DNA of 64,000 bases, from positions 6,634,001 to 6,698,000 of the forward strand of contig CM060731.1 of NCBI GenBank assembly GCA_030704615.1, in the 5' to 3' direction. The notes beneath the pieces are model-generated. The model saw only the letters and a program-made list of their open reading frames with translations. It searched no databases and was not told the origin of the DNA. Source of the DNA: Takakia lepidozioides (taxonomy: Eukaryota; Plantae; Bryophyta). Position 1 is the stretch's first letter, and every line of letters starts with the position of its first letter. The position numbers were made by a program, and so were the translations under genes. Shown piece by piece: positions 1 through 13,061 of this stretch.

Positions 1-490
1 GATTAGTAACCCACGAGCATTGAGAGCCCACTTTGCGACCAAGAGTTAGTTGAAGCATCCAAGCGAGTTGTAAAGCAAACAAGTGTGGAGAACTAGTTCG
101 GACGAGATTGGGTAGCACGTGAGCACAAGGGCATATTCCCCGAATTTCCATGAAATTTCCGAGAAAATTTCCACAACGAAATGAATTTAACGAAATTAAC
201 AATTATGCGAAACTAACACATGAAGAACAAGTAGCCCCTATATCTGATGAACATGTTACCCTATAGGCGTGGCTTTTTCTCCATAAGAGGCGCGAGAGTG
301 GGCAGTGAGGCTTCACCTCAACTTTAAGGTCCTTTGCCTTGCTTACCCAAAAAAAAAATCACCCATGCGAAATTTCGCCTAAGAAGCAATCACATTGTGG
401 CTAAAAGGATGAATATGTCACTTTTCAAGCCCCCACCCATTCTTTTTGGATGTAGGATTTTTGGTTGATGGGATTTCTCAATGCAAAACC

Positions 491-650
491 CACCGCTTGC
501 TTAGTTTGTGCCCATATCACCAGTATTTCTCAGTGCGAAATTCACCGCTGCTTAGTTTGTGACCATGTCACCAAGTATTTCTTAGTGCGGAATTCACCGT
601 CGCTTAGTTTGTGCCCATATCACCAAGTATTTCTCAATGCGAAATTCGCC
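491..650. repeat. Tandem repeat, 3 copies of a ~52-bp unit (CACCGCTGCTTAGTTTGTGCCCATATCACCAAGTATTTCTCAGTGCGAAATT)
   Basis: Unit recurs at ~491, ~543 and ~595 with a few substitutions. Confidence 0.85.
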
Positions 651-1099
651 GCCGCCACTACAGGTTTAGGGTTTTTGGCTACAACTGAAGGTTTCACTTC
701 GTTGAATTGGCGCAGATGTACTGTACAAATGCACCAGTCCTCTATACCCGCTTATGGTTTTATTCCGTTTTGAAAACATATAACTCCTATGACCGAGGTT
801 CAAAAACATAAAACTCCCATGACCATGGGTTGTGCTCACAGGATACCACCCCCTTTCGGACTGCCTACAACCAAAGGGAAGTTCCATGCCCATGATATCG
901 AAGGTCTAATTGGGTGACTTAGAGGGAACCATTACAGCCGATGTTCAGCTGAAGCCCTCATTTGGACGTAAATCACTGCCAAAAGATTTTGTTTGTATTT
1001 ATCATGCCGTTAAAAAGCAGAATTCATTTGGGTGCATTCCACTTGGAATGCACCCCATCAGCTCCCTTGAGTGCATTCCGAAATGCAGAATGCACCGGC

Positions 1100-1375
1100 C
1101 AGTGTTTTCTTTTTCATATTTCCAAAATCGCTGGCGGGGCCACCTGTGAATTCCACGCAGTGCCCCTGTGGCGAGAATATCGAGGTGACAAAGTTAGAAA
1201 AATGGCTATATTCCAGGTGTCATGTTTTCATTGGTCCACGTTGGCAAGATTAGGCTCCTGAAATTTATCTCCTTGAAAAATCTCTGATTTTAACCCTCAT
1301 AATTCCTTTGTACAAGTAGCTGACCAAGTTTCCAGGTCGAAATCTGGCGATTTTTTGCCAGAAAGAAAAACACTG
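1100..1375. mobile_element. Non-autonomous hAT-type MITE
   Basis: Terminal inverted repeats CAGTGTTTT...AAAACACTG; exact 8-bp TSD GCACCGGC at 1092-1099 and 1376-1383. Confidence 0.85.
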
Positions 1376-2818
1376 GCACCGGCCATTAGATTTTCTTAGA
1401 TTTTTCTGGCATTTCTTTACGCAGCCTGGTAATGCCCCTAGTATCTGGGATTACCCCTAGTGTCGGGCCAATCCCAGATTTTGGGTCTTCCCCTCGGGCT
1501 CCAGGCCCTTAAATCCGGGAATGCCCTCCACTCATGGCATTACCACATATATCCATGGACTCGTCTTGGTCCGTTTCGTTGCGGATGTTTCCAACCTTTG
1601 GTATGATCGTGGCCGTGGATCCATCAACGGTTCATGAATCACATATATATAATGCAATGAAAAGGTTTTGCGTCACATCCAATGTCGTGGGATCATCTTT
1701 CTGCTACCATGCCAAAACTGTCTTGTATGCCATGGCCTACTTGCAATGGAGCTGTCCTCAATGATTGATTGTGTGGTCATTGCATGTGGGATTGCCAATC
1801 ACCCCCTGAGAGCTTTTTTTGTGTTTTCCAGTCCTGCCCAGGAAATTGGGACTAGGAACATAGACAACCTGGTATGGAAAAAGATAATGACAAACATGGA
1901 ACGTTCACAAGAAGCCAGAATGTGAGAGACAAAAGAAAGAGATAGGAGAACATAGCCTAGTACATAGGGCTGTCGTAGAATGCAGCTAAGCTCTTCAGCT
2001 CAGGAGGACTTTGGCCCACCGATGATTGGCACCCCTGGTTGGGCATATCATCATGTTGATACAGGATTGGATGCTGTAAACACCAAAAAAGCAGTCAAGT
2101 AAAGGCAATCTGGTAACAAAGATACACCTCTTCACTCACTGTCTCTCTGAGTGAGTGAGATAGAATCAACAACTACAAGGTCAAGGCTTACAATCCTCAA
2201 GGCCTTTTGCCATGTATACTTGCCTCATCTGAGAGAGAAGAAAGGCCCAAATGCGTTGCCTCCCATTAAGTGCACTTTAAGACCTTGTTCTCTGTTGTTC
2301 CAGGTGCTAGGGACACTACAAGAAGAGAGTGTCACCATCATGGAAAGCCCAGTACTCGTTTAGTATTGCCATGATGACTCAATAAGAGAAGCTCACCATC
2401 AGTAAGACAGCAACAAGCTAGGACAAGCGTGCTTTAAGATGTTCTTGAGGATTTTGAGCACAACGCTCCTCAAATAAAAGGTGCGTGTTTACTTTCCAAC
2501 GTATCAAATGCTGTGCAGAAATGATCTGCGTTGGAAATGGCCTAATTGAGCTGGGAGTTCGGGCCCACCCAACATGAATTGCTTTGTTTAAACAATGGCA
2601 AGCACTTTCATCATATCCTCAATGATAAAACACACTAACCCCATACAGAGAGGTGCCTTGCTATTCTCCAGAGTATAGGAACAACATTCTTCATAACACT
2701 ACCCTCACTCATCCATAGGCCACCAAAAGCACCACAAAACAGAGTCTCAGAATCTCAACTTCTCAACACATGTCAGAATAATCTTTAAGACCTCCATGAC
2801 ATCTGTATCATTACTTTT

Positions 2819-5800
2819 CTAGAGTTCGCCGCTGTCAACTATCACACAGGGCTTAAGGGGCCGGTCGGATCTGTCTGTCTTCTGATTCTCAATCTTTTCC
2901 AACACATCTGCACCTTCCAAAACTTGGCCAAACACCACATGTTTGCCGTTCAACCACTTCGTCTGCACATCAACATGCGCTCACCATCATGACATTGTCT
3001 CTGCCCAGCCAAAGCAAGCAACTCATCTTGGGGGTGGAGGGAAAGACATGAGGGGGGCCCACCACGGCTGTGGTGAGAGGAAGCTTCAAAGAGCACATGT
3101 GGCATCATTATGTAACAAGAGGAAAGGAAGAGGAAAGGAAGAGGAAAATCTATACCTCTGCAGTGCAAATAAAAAACTGGCTGCCATTAGTATTAGGTCC
3201 TGCATTTGCCATGCTCAGAACACCATATCCCTCATGTGTCACTGCACACAATTGATCCACAAGTCAGTCAGACACATCGCATGAAGCCAACGTTGTGTTG
3301 ATACGGATACACCCAATGCTCCTCTAGATAAAACTATTATTACTGCTGTAACTTGGCACCACAGGTGAGATAAGAGCTAAAGGAAATCCTCAGAAAAAGA
3401 AAAGTACCGAAGGATCCGTTTTAAAGGCCTGCAATTTTAGAAAATGATGACTAGGAACAGATAAGTGAAATTTTTGCTGCAAATGCCCTGCAAAGGTTGT
3501 AGCTTGAGTGAACACCACTAGTCAACTGCCATGCTGGTATAGTCAAGATAGAACTATCAACCTAAAATATTCAGCTCAAATATTATCCACAAAATTATCT
3601 TGAAAACAATAAACACTGTACTCACGCTTGAAATTTTCATCCTTGAACTTCTCGCCATAGATGCTCTTGCCACCAGTACCCTGCGTGTCAATAGCAAATG
3701 ATTTATTTTTAATTATTGAAGTTGAATCATCAGCTTCCACAACAGTAAAAAAATCCTGCGCATAAGAAACTGAGAAGCTTGTGAAGCAACATGATGTACC
3801 AGCAGGTGACTGGAAGGTTTGGGCACATACATTGCCCTTGGTGAAGTCGCCACCCTGAAGCATGAAACCCTTAATCACACGATGAAAAGCAGAGCCTTTG
3901 TACCCAAACCCCTGTTCACCTGTGCACATAACAAACATTTGGAAGGCCCCTCAAAGGGCAGATTAGCTCATTGATATATGTATGCAAGGATGGAGCCTCA
4001 AACTGCATAGTCTTGTGATGTTTTAATGCCAGTATGCAGAAGGCGCAGTTTTCTGAACCTAATTTTTCCAAAAACTGAAAACAAAAGACTATCAGACCTG
4101 CAGGAAAGTATCTAGAAAAACAGCTGCCTTGAGAATGGTAGAAAGCCTGCACTGCCATGCAACGAAGATACTATCTGTCCTTTCTGAGTCTACCCAGTTA
4201 CTGCTTCAGGCATAAATAGTACATACCTGTACAGAGGGCACGGAAGTTATCAGCAGTCACAGGAACATCATCCCCAAACAATCCAATGACAATGCGGCCT
4301 GCTGGCTCCTCCCCAATCTTGATGTCAAAGTAGCACTGGGTCGTCACCTTTGACTGAGGTTTCTCTAGTTGTGCACTGCCCTGAACAATTCAACTAGTCA
4401 GTCTCCACCTCCATCTCTGCATTTTTCTGTACGTGTATGTCTGTCCCATCTATATCCCCTCAGTGCAACACAGTGGCACTGGCTACACACAAACTTCAGC
4501 ACATACCCACAATACCGATAGATTGCTACAGTCATTACAGGAGGTACCTCATATTTGTCAGAGAAGACAAGTACAAAAGTGTGTTCTTGGGAGAGCGAAA
4601 AAGAAGACTAACAGGGGCCACAGGAAGGCATTCTCCATAGGATTCTCAAACTACAAAATCAAAAATCAGATAGCGAACTAAAATGGTCCTCATGCTATCC
4701 AGAATTCAAGCCTTTCTACTCTTTGAACTATTGTCACTGACCTGTACAAGCTTACATGCACAGGTGAAAAGGAGATAGATGGAGAAGAATCTAAGCATTT
4801 AATTTGTCCTTGGGGCCATAAACCCTCCAACACAATCTATCCAGGAAGGTAGGAAGGGACTAGGAAGACTACCGTGGGACCACCCAATCACCACAGGAAG
4901 GCTCCTCCAGAAATGGGACTTACTCCACTGATGAAATTGGTTCTCGCCCTCCAGAATTTGAAGACAGCGTGACAGCCTCTGTACTAGAAACATGACAGAA
5001 GTGTGTTGGATGCACAGCAAAATGTACCCCAGAACAAAGGGATCAGTTACCTGAGCCATTGACCTGGTGGTTGACTGACGCCAGTTGACCTGAGAAACTG
5101 ATGGTGATTGTGAAACACGAATTTGCTGAGAACCAGCTTGAAAACACCTGGATGACAGGCCGACTGTTGCCTGCTTCTCGACAGACACACCTGCAGAGCA
5201 CATCTGCAGCCTGGTGGACGTAGTGCGTGTCAATCGACATCTGTACACTGACACCTTAGAAGCAAAGTTGCCCTGCACACATCCTCAGCCCCCACCGTCT
5301 TATTAATACAAGACACGATTGTGCAATTGTAGAAAAGTTTGGTGAGGAACCACTCGTCCTGCAACGACGTATTTCCTCCCGCTTGATCATCGAGACGAAA
5401 ACTTAAAAGTTGAGGGTGCCGAGGAAAAAATGAAACCCATTCTTTCAGGAAATTGGAAGAATGTACTTGCATAATCCGTCCTTTCCGACAGTTAGGAGCG
5501 GAAAGAGAACAACCATATATGAACGATCGTAGGAAGAGGCACCATGGTGAGTCCAGAAGGAAATGTGACACGCAGGAACCCATTCATTTTATAAGACGAC
5601 ATTTTTCTCTATAACACCGAACTGCGACGACATCAGTGTCGAAACATCGTCCGCAGACTGCCATAAGCTGACGCGATGAGATACCAAAAAGGACAAGCTT
5701 GTCCTTCCCACTCATAGGATAGACAAGTGACTGTACTTATGGCAACCCACATTCACTTGGCAACACCGAATGCAGCATTCAAAGAGGATAATCGGCACAA

Positions 5801-5872
5801 GCAAAGAGGAAACCATTCCAACAGTGTACTCACAATGGTGCTCATGCTAGTGCTCATGCTGCATGCCGCCAT
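2819..5872 (-). CDS. Plastid-targeted cyclophilin-type peptidyl-prolyl isomerase (CYP20-like), 7 exons: 5872-5834, 5272-5051, 4380-4227, 3919-3831, 3680-3626, 3241-3156, 2962-2819
   Basis: GT-AG spliced exons give a Ser/Thr/Arg-rich transit peptide, then [122 protein letters not shown]. Confidence 0.95.
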
Positions 5873-6596
5873 CGCACTCCCGCCCTAGTTTGCCTCTCTC
5901 CTTCAGTCTCCTCCTGCTGGGTGATGGGCAAGCGATGGCGGTGTTCGCTAGAGACAAATGCAAATAGTTCCGCCCTCAGAAGGTAGGCCGGCAATCACTA
6001 GGGCTTTAATCGACGGCTACCACGCAACAACAGAAGAATGATGCCTAGTATTCTCTTCTTTTATCTTCTCGTCCTCCGGAGATCGACCCGTCTGTTGTTG
6101 AAGGATGAAAAGACAACATGAAGCTCCGTTGGGCATGTCGCTTCATGACCTCTTTTTCAGTGCGCATTCACAGAGAACCGAGCATTTCATCGTGCACCTT
6201 TTCTTCCAAGCAGGGTGTGGACTGTGGACTTTGGATACCACCAAAGAATCTTCTGTCTACCAAAAATTGATGCAACTGGAGTTGTTTACTGCCGATCAAT
6301 GCAATGAATCCAATCTAAGCTTGATCCATTTACTTGGAACTGGTATGCAATTTCGTCCCTTGGCAGTGTTCCATGAGCCTTGTGCTTGGCGTCTGGTGGT
6401 GAGGTTACTCTGAAAGAGATTAATTTTTCCTCTCGTTTTTTAAGGGACCTAGAGTCTCGTGTTCTCGTTCACATGCTTTGTTCGTCCTTCCTTCGTCGTC
6501 TGGACAAAGAACCTCTTCCCGGTGTCATTAGGGAGCAATCACACCCAGGTGTTTCCTTACTGACCGAAAAAAAGGAAAAAAGAAAAAAAAACATCA

Positions 6597-6915
6597 AGTG
6601 TCACCTTAGGCGTCCCCAAGATTATCAGAGGACTGTCCGCCTTCAACTCTGTTTTGTTCAGATTCTTAAAAGCATTGCAACTAACATCTCCATCCTCTTA
6701 ATTAGAACAGTGTGGCTGACCATGCCACAATGTACTGTTGGGTATGCAGTACTAGAAGTGTCACCTGAGGCGTCCCCAAGATTATCAGAGGACTGTCCGC
6801 CTTCAACTCTGTTTTGTTCAGATTCTTAAAAGCATTGCAACTGACATCTCCATCCTCTTAATTAGAACTGTGTGGCTGACCATGCCCCGATGTACTGTTG
6901 GGTATGCAGTACTAG
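6597..6915. repeat. Near-identical tandem duplication of a 160-bp unit
   Basis: AGTGTCACC(T)(T/G)AGGCGTCCCCAAGATTATCAGAGG...GGGTATGCAGTACTAG present at 6597 and again at 6757. Confidence 0.9.
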
Positions 6916-7348
6916 GAAATATTGTGAGGTCACAAAGCAAGATTTTTCCATCGCCCATGACTTTGGCCAAGGGCATTGAGATGTTGGTGCAAGCTCTGGC
7001 CGACTCTACGAACCCCACAGTCAGCCCAGAAGCTTTCTGACGAAATAAACTCATGTTCGACACTGTCTTGCGCTCGACATTCTGCCCTTGACCTCTCTCC
7101 TGTGTGCGCATGCCAACCAGGCAAGGATTTCCACTACAACAAAGTCTGAAAAATGAGGTAACTGGCCAGGGCTGATTGTTGCTTTAAGTTGAACCCACAG
7201 AATGCCTGGTAATTGAATATATAATGCCCCTCCTGAAAGCACCATTGCACATTTTCTGTGTGCAAGATGAACAATTCAAGAGCTTCCCCTGACAGAATGA
7301 ACCAAATCACAGGTAGAAACTTTTCTATGATGTGCAACCGACATTACC

Positions 7349-10300
7349 TTACTTGAGGTTAGGGACATAGGAACCACTGCAGGGAGCCAGTGCATTATTT
7401 GGTAACTGGTTAATCATGTCCACTATTGCTGCCAACGCGTTTCTCAGTATCTCCTGCTCAATCTGCAGCAGCTGAGTAGCCACTCTCTTCTTTGGATTCA
7501 TGGTGGCATCTTCAAGCTGCAGATAACATCAGCCAAGTGTTAACAACTATCCCACAAACTCTGCAGATACTGATCTCACCAGAGTTGATGCCTCCAATCA
7601 AGCCATAAATATTGCTACACTGACTGCACCCTACTGAATTTGCTCATGTGGTGGAGGACATTATTTTAAACCAAATCTGGATAAAACAATTTGTCCCAGC
7701 ACAAGCAACCATAGCAGATGCCAAAACACACCCAATCTACCCTGTGAGTAGCATGTGAGCTCACGTCTTCAGTGCCTGAGGTGCGATAGCCTGCAAGACG
7801 CCTGCGAAAATAGCTGGCCAGTTGATCCAGCACTGCTCTTTCGTTGCATGGACTCACCTGCACATCACCCATAATCAACAATGCCGCTGGTAAAGAACCC
7901 ACAACCTCCTGTTTCCCTTCTGTATACCAACATTGCTTAAGGGCAAACCTGTCTGAATAAAGCCAGAGTCCAAGGAGGAGTAGACTGGTCCTTGGAAGAT
8001 GGCAGCATCACCTACTTTAACATAATGCTTGAATAACGCTCTCTGCATTAAGATGTGAATCCACAAGGGTAAACACTCACAGGACAAACAGGCCCCTGAG
8101 CAAAGATGACAGACTCCATCTCAAACGGGTCAGACAAATTGCCGAGTCGCATGTACGGGAGCATATCCAACATCGCTTCCTTTTCCTTGCCCTTGTAAAT
8201 CTGTTTACCCCCACACCATGCAATGGTCACATGACAAATGGGACAACTGTTGCAGGAACTCACCTACGAAACCTGTCACATCCTTGCAGCAGTCACGTAG
8301 ATGGTCAGAATCCATTGGCTGTGACTGGCAATAACTACTTATTCTTCCAAAGGCCACAAGCTAGTACCAAGATGCCCGATGATTGCCCAGTTTTAGACCC
8401 GAGTCTCTAGCAAGTAACCACAATATTCCTTAGATTTTTTTTACAGCATCTCCAAGGCTACCAACCACCCAACCTCCCACCTCACCCCGACACTCCTCCC
8501 CCTCCACCACGACACTCTAAAGGAGACCGAAAGGGACTCATGAGTGTTACCTGGAAAGTCTGGACGGTCAAGCGGTTGTTCCTTTGTACGATGCTTCGCT
8601 TTTGCTGATAAAGAGGATCGGTGGTATCCAATGAAGCCTTCAGACATCAACAATTGAAACACAAGTTCACATTAAAGATCGTATTAATGAGAGAGTCACA
8701 AGGCCAGGACATTTGTTGTAATACTTTGTGAGAGGATAAACTGGTGAGAGACAACAGGTATGAGGATGTGTCATGGTTTGTCTGAAATTCCTCACCCTGA
8801 GCAATAATTTTCTGCACTTCTCCAAACATTGCAACTTGTTTAAGGAGCTCACCTATTGGGCACTAATACCAGCACATATAGCAGAGTGTTACCTCAACTG
8901 AAAGCCGGTCGTAAGGATTATCTTTGTCAACAAATCCGTAGTTCAGCAATAACCTTGTATTTGGCTGTGGCCCACACCTGCCATCCCCCAATATTGTGTT
9001 GCCCCATCACTGCCAAACTTTTCTCCGTGCCTACTGCATGCCCCCTTACAATGTCTAGAGTTAATGGACCAGCCAGAACCGCTCTCTTTGATCTGTCATA
9101 TGAAGCAATGCACCTAGCCAACCTATAGAAAGATGAGGAGGGCATACCAGACAACGATGGGTTCACCAGCAGAATAGGAACGATCCACCTCCAGCTGCAC
9201 AAAGTCACCTACCGCCTTCAGCATTGCTCTGCAGTTGCTGCGGTATGCAAGTAGTGGTGGACCTAGTGGAACCAACGCGAACCGCCTAGCCAGACTCACA
9301 CCCTGCAACCATGACCATACCCTCAGCTTGCATCAACACCCTTGCATTCTACCTGGGAGACGACATAGAGAGGTTTTGAAATCCAAACTTAAAAACAAGT
9401 GCAAAACACCAGCCCTGCACTTGAGAAATGGGACAACAATTCAAAACATACCTGCAAATGGACAACACAGGATTGAACAGCCACAAAAGCTTGTTTGAAG
9501 ATCTCAAATGAGAAAGCCTCCGTGGGAAGATCAAAAGGATATTCCTGTTTATAAAACCAACCCTGACATGTCAGCGATTAATGATCGAACTTTCGTGCAT
9601 GGGCAGGACAGAAGATTATAAGTTGGAGGAGAGGTTCAAGACACTTCGTAAAAACAACATGAGGTCTGTGGAGACACCTTGAACAAGGAGCCAGCCATGA
9701 ACCACACAGTGTCAAGCTCCTCATACTCGCGTTTAATTCCAGCCAACCTTTCCAGAACCACCTCCTGTGTGACACATGTTCACAAGTTGGCTGTCAATAC
9801 CCTAAAATGGAATGACAATCTATCTCGAGATCTGCAGATTTATATTGTGCCCCTGCAAAAGAAGCAACTCAAAAAATTCTCTCCAAGATATTGATACACT
9901 GGAAGAAAGCACCAGGTTCTATTAACAACTTGCTTTGAATATACCTTCATGGGACTTCCAGTTAAGTAGTCATTTAGCTCCTCTTGAGACCACAGCAAGG
10001 GCGTTTCAACGGCAAGCTGTCCCCTTCCTCGTTGCCTGTCAAGTTCACGGATGTAGGGGTACCAGTAGGACTCTTTCCCTCGTTTTTTCTCGTACATAAG
10101 ATAAAGTGCTAGGCATGCAAGTTCTGATAATTTGTTTGTGGTCAACAGCTCGGCTGCAGTAAACGCACAAGCCACATAGTAGAGTTATGCACCACAGCTC
10201 CGATGCAATTCCTCAGGTCACAACCTTTGGCAATAGCCCACCACATCTCTGGCATGAACCTATTTCAAAAATTATAAATCGTGTAAGCAGCAATATGAAA

Positions 10301-10969
10301 AAATCTTGCTCCACCAAGCAATTGAATAATTCAGGGGCATAACTGACCTATTGTTTCATCCCCCAGTACCCTCTCCAGTGTCACAACTAATGACTTGGGC
10401 ACAGCCAGCGCCACTTCACCTGGCTACACCCACCCAACGGCAAGCAGCTCAGACTAGGGTACACCAATTGTCGTATGGACGCAATGATGTCCAGAGGAGC
10501 AACGAGTGTACGCACTGATACGAGGAGCAATCCCTGTTAAGCTAAGTTATTATACCTGAAGATCCTGGCTGGCCACTATACAGTGGATAGGCTTGCCGTT
10601 GCCACCATGCGAGGACCCTTCAGCCAATGCGACTTTGCATTCAGGGAGCCCTTGCTCATGCATCCATTGTTTCAAATCAATGCCACCCTCGTGCTGCTGC
10701 TTCCTACTCTGCACCGTTTCCTGCCCATCCTGCTGGTAAATATCCGCTGTTGTGAGCGTGCCCAAGGAGCACGCATGCACACGAGCGCGCCTTCTAGCAC
10801 TGGCACACGGCACCTTGCGCAACGCCAAGCTCCGCAACCAAAAGCGTCGAGATGAGTCCAGCTTCACTGCACCCCTGCTGCCATTCCTTCTAGAGCAACA
10901 GCTGCTCGCAGCCTGCATCCTTACGCTGCCATAGCTGACCCCCAAGGCCCCAGCTACAGCAGCTGGCAT
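7349..10969 (-). CDS. SAFE1: SET-domain Rubisco LSMT-family plastid protein (SAFE1/At5g14260-like), 11 exons: 10969-10556, 10423-10348, 10153-9945, 9764-9678, 9544-9452, 9302-9148, 8977-8893, 8637-8551, 8200-8081, 7857-7765, 7516-7349
   Basis: Spliced translation contains LKQWMHEQGLPECKV, LVVTLERVLGDETIAELLTTNKLSELACLALYLMYEKK, PYIRELDRQRGRGQL, LARRFALVPLGPPLLAY, CGPQPNTRLLLNYGFVD, ERAVLDQLASYFRRRL, LPNNALAPCSGSYVPNLK*. Matches my recollection of the Arabidopsis protein; start codon and exon 10 donor are less certain. Confidence 0.88.
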
Positions 10970-11540
10970 CGTGGCTATCTCCAGGCCAATTCTTGCCAGA
11001 CCAGAGCTCACAGACGGAAAAAATTCTGGGGGAAGATGGGTATTGCTTTACTTTCCCCCGAACCAAGATGCACCCCACAACATCAACGAATCCTGCAGGA
11101 AAAGTATGGGAACTGCTACATTCTTGCCTAACCCAAGAATGCTGAGCCCCCCGGCAACTCAAGAACGAGGATGGGTATGTACTGCCGGAATTCAAAGAGA
11201 CGAAAGAACGCCCAGAATCCAGGACAGAACAACGGGATAGGATAGGGTAGCATTCCCCACTTTTTGTCAACATCCCCACACCTTGCCAGTTCCACCCTCT
11301 GTAACATGCTCCTTGGAATCCACAGAAATTGCACAGGCACATTACAAGGCAAACCGTCGTCTCTCCATCACGACAATTGCTCCATCGTGCGCTCCCCTCA
11401 AGACGTGTGGCAGCTTCTAATTAGCAAATCTCTCTTACAACTTTGGGCCAGGTTTCATGAATCGGCCTGTAGCCCTCATAACCGTCCAGGAAGCGTTTGC
11501 TTCCATCACGCGTCTGAGAAAAGTCTTGCAATATGTACTA

Positions 11541-11739
11541 CCGTAGTACCTTGGCAATTTCGACACAAATTTTAATATTTCAAAGATTGTTGAAAATTTT
11601 GGAAATTTATTTTGTGAAATTAAGTACATTTGTGAATGATAATAAAGCATCTTTAAGAATATTCCACATGTTGAAATGAAATTCTCAAAATAAAATAAAT
11701 TTTCGATAGATGATTGTTGATCTTGCCAAGGTACTACGG
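11541..11739. mobile_element. Tc1/mariner-type (Stowaway-like) MITE
   Basis: 17-bp perfect TIR CCGTAGTACCTTGGCAA / TTGCCAAGGTACTACGG flanked by TA on both sides; AT-rich interior. Confidence 0.85.
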
Positions 11740-11762
11740 TAATGTTCCCCGAAGGTCTACAA

Positions 11763-12664
11763 CAGTGTTGTGCAGATTTACACGGAGGATAAATCAGGGT
11801 AAGGGTAAATGATCTACCCGGGTTGGCCGATTTCATTTACCCTTACACTTACCATTCAAACGGGTAAATAATCTGAGATACCGGAACACTTACCCGTCTG
11901 AAGTAACAAATTTCCATATACCCTTTACCTACAGGTAAATATAAATTTTTGGAGAGTAAATAGCAAAAGGATAAATAAAAAACTCTTCTTCATCCCTTCA
12001 TAAGAGGCCTTTACTCAAGGGCCCTTGTGCTGCAAGCATCCTCCCTCTATCACCATCTCCAAGGGCGTACCATTATCATGCACCATATATGGGGGGCATA
12101 CCATTGTCCCACACCACTGTAAGGGCTATGTATCCCAATTCATTTGGCCAGTTTTGGACAAAGCTTTTGGGGTTGTGTCAAGAGTCACTTTGCTTACTTA
12201 GAGTTCACTCGTGCATGGTCTTATTTGGCTTTGTTTGATTATTATCTTTGGTGTGAAGAAACACGATCATCCCTCACATTATTCACAACATATGATACAA
12301 TCAGCCTTATACTAAACCAAACAATAGACCAAAAATTGATGACCTTAATTAATTAGTTATATTTTTTGAATTGAGCATAACAAAAAAACAAGTGTCCCTT
12401 GTTCGGTTTTTTTTTTTTTAAAACCTATATATCCTTCAATATATCCTTCATTTATCCGACAAATATAGAAAGGATAAATCATTTATCCTTACCCGATATT
12501 TATCCTTACACCGGTCAAACTTACCATTGGCCTTTACTTTTTATCCGTAGAATAAATAAATGGACATAAATAATTTACCCTTGTCCGGAGGATAAATAAT
12601 CTTCTGATTTCTACTTATCCTTACCCGGAGACTAAGCACAAATCTATTTGCCCACACAACACCG
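11763..12664. mobile_element. Non-autonomous hAT element
   Basis: TIR CAGTGTTGTG...CACAACACCG; exact 8-bp TSD GTCTACAA (11755-11762, 12665-12672); many subterminal GG(A/T)TAAAT/ATTTA(T/C)CC motifs. Confidence 0.85.
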
Positions 12665-13061
12665 GTCTACAACTGTGATTACATCTAAAAATTGTCTCAC
12701 CTCCTAGGAAGATAGGCCAACTTGCAATCTTCTTTCTCCTCTTATGCTTTCCAGTTTCCACCAGTATTGTCCAGCATATAGGGTAGGCCCACCAATGTTC
12801 AATAGCCATGTCGTAATAATGGGTAGGGTAAGCCTTCGAGTGGAGGGGATTACTGAAATGAGCCCCACGACGAGGCAGTAGCCAAGTGGTGGGGCGAGTG
12901 TAGGTAATCCCCGACACGAAGAGGATTACCATGCACGAAGAATACACAGGGAACGCAGATGGAGCGCTGTTTGAGCCTTTGCCACGTCCTATTGTGTGTG
13001 TATATATATAAGACGCCAGCCGAAGATAGCGTAAATAAGAGCATCTTCCCCGTGTGGGTAC

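Noticed and set aside
6105-7337. Several 60-150 aa ORFs between the host genes
   Set aside because: No recognisable motif; partly generated by the 160-bp duplication.
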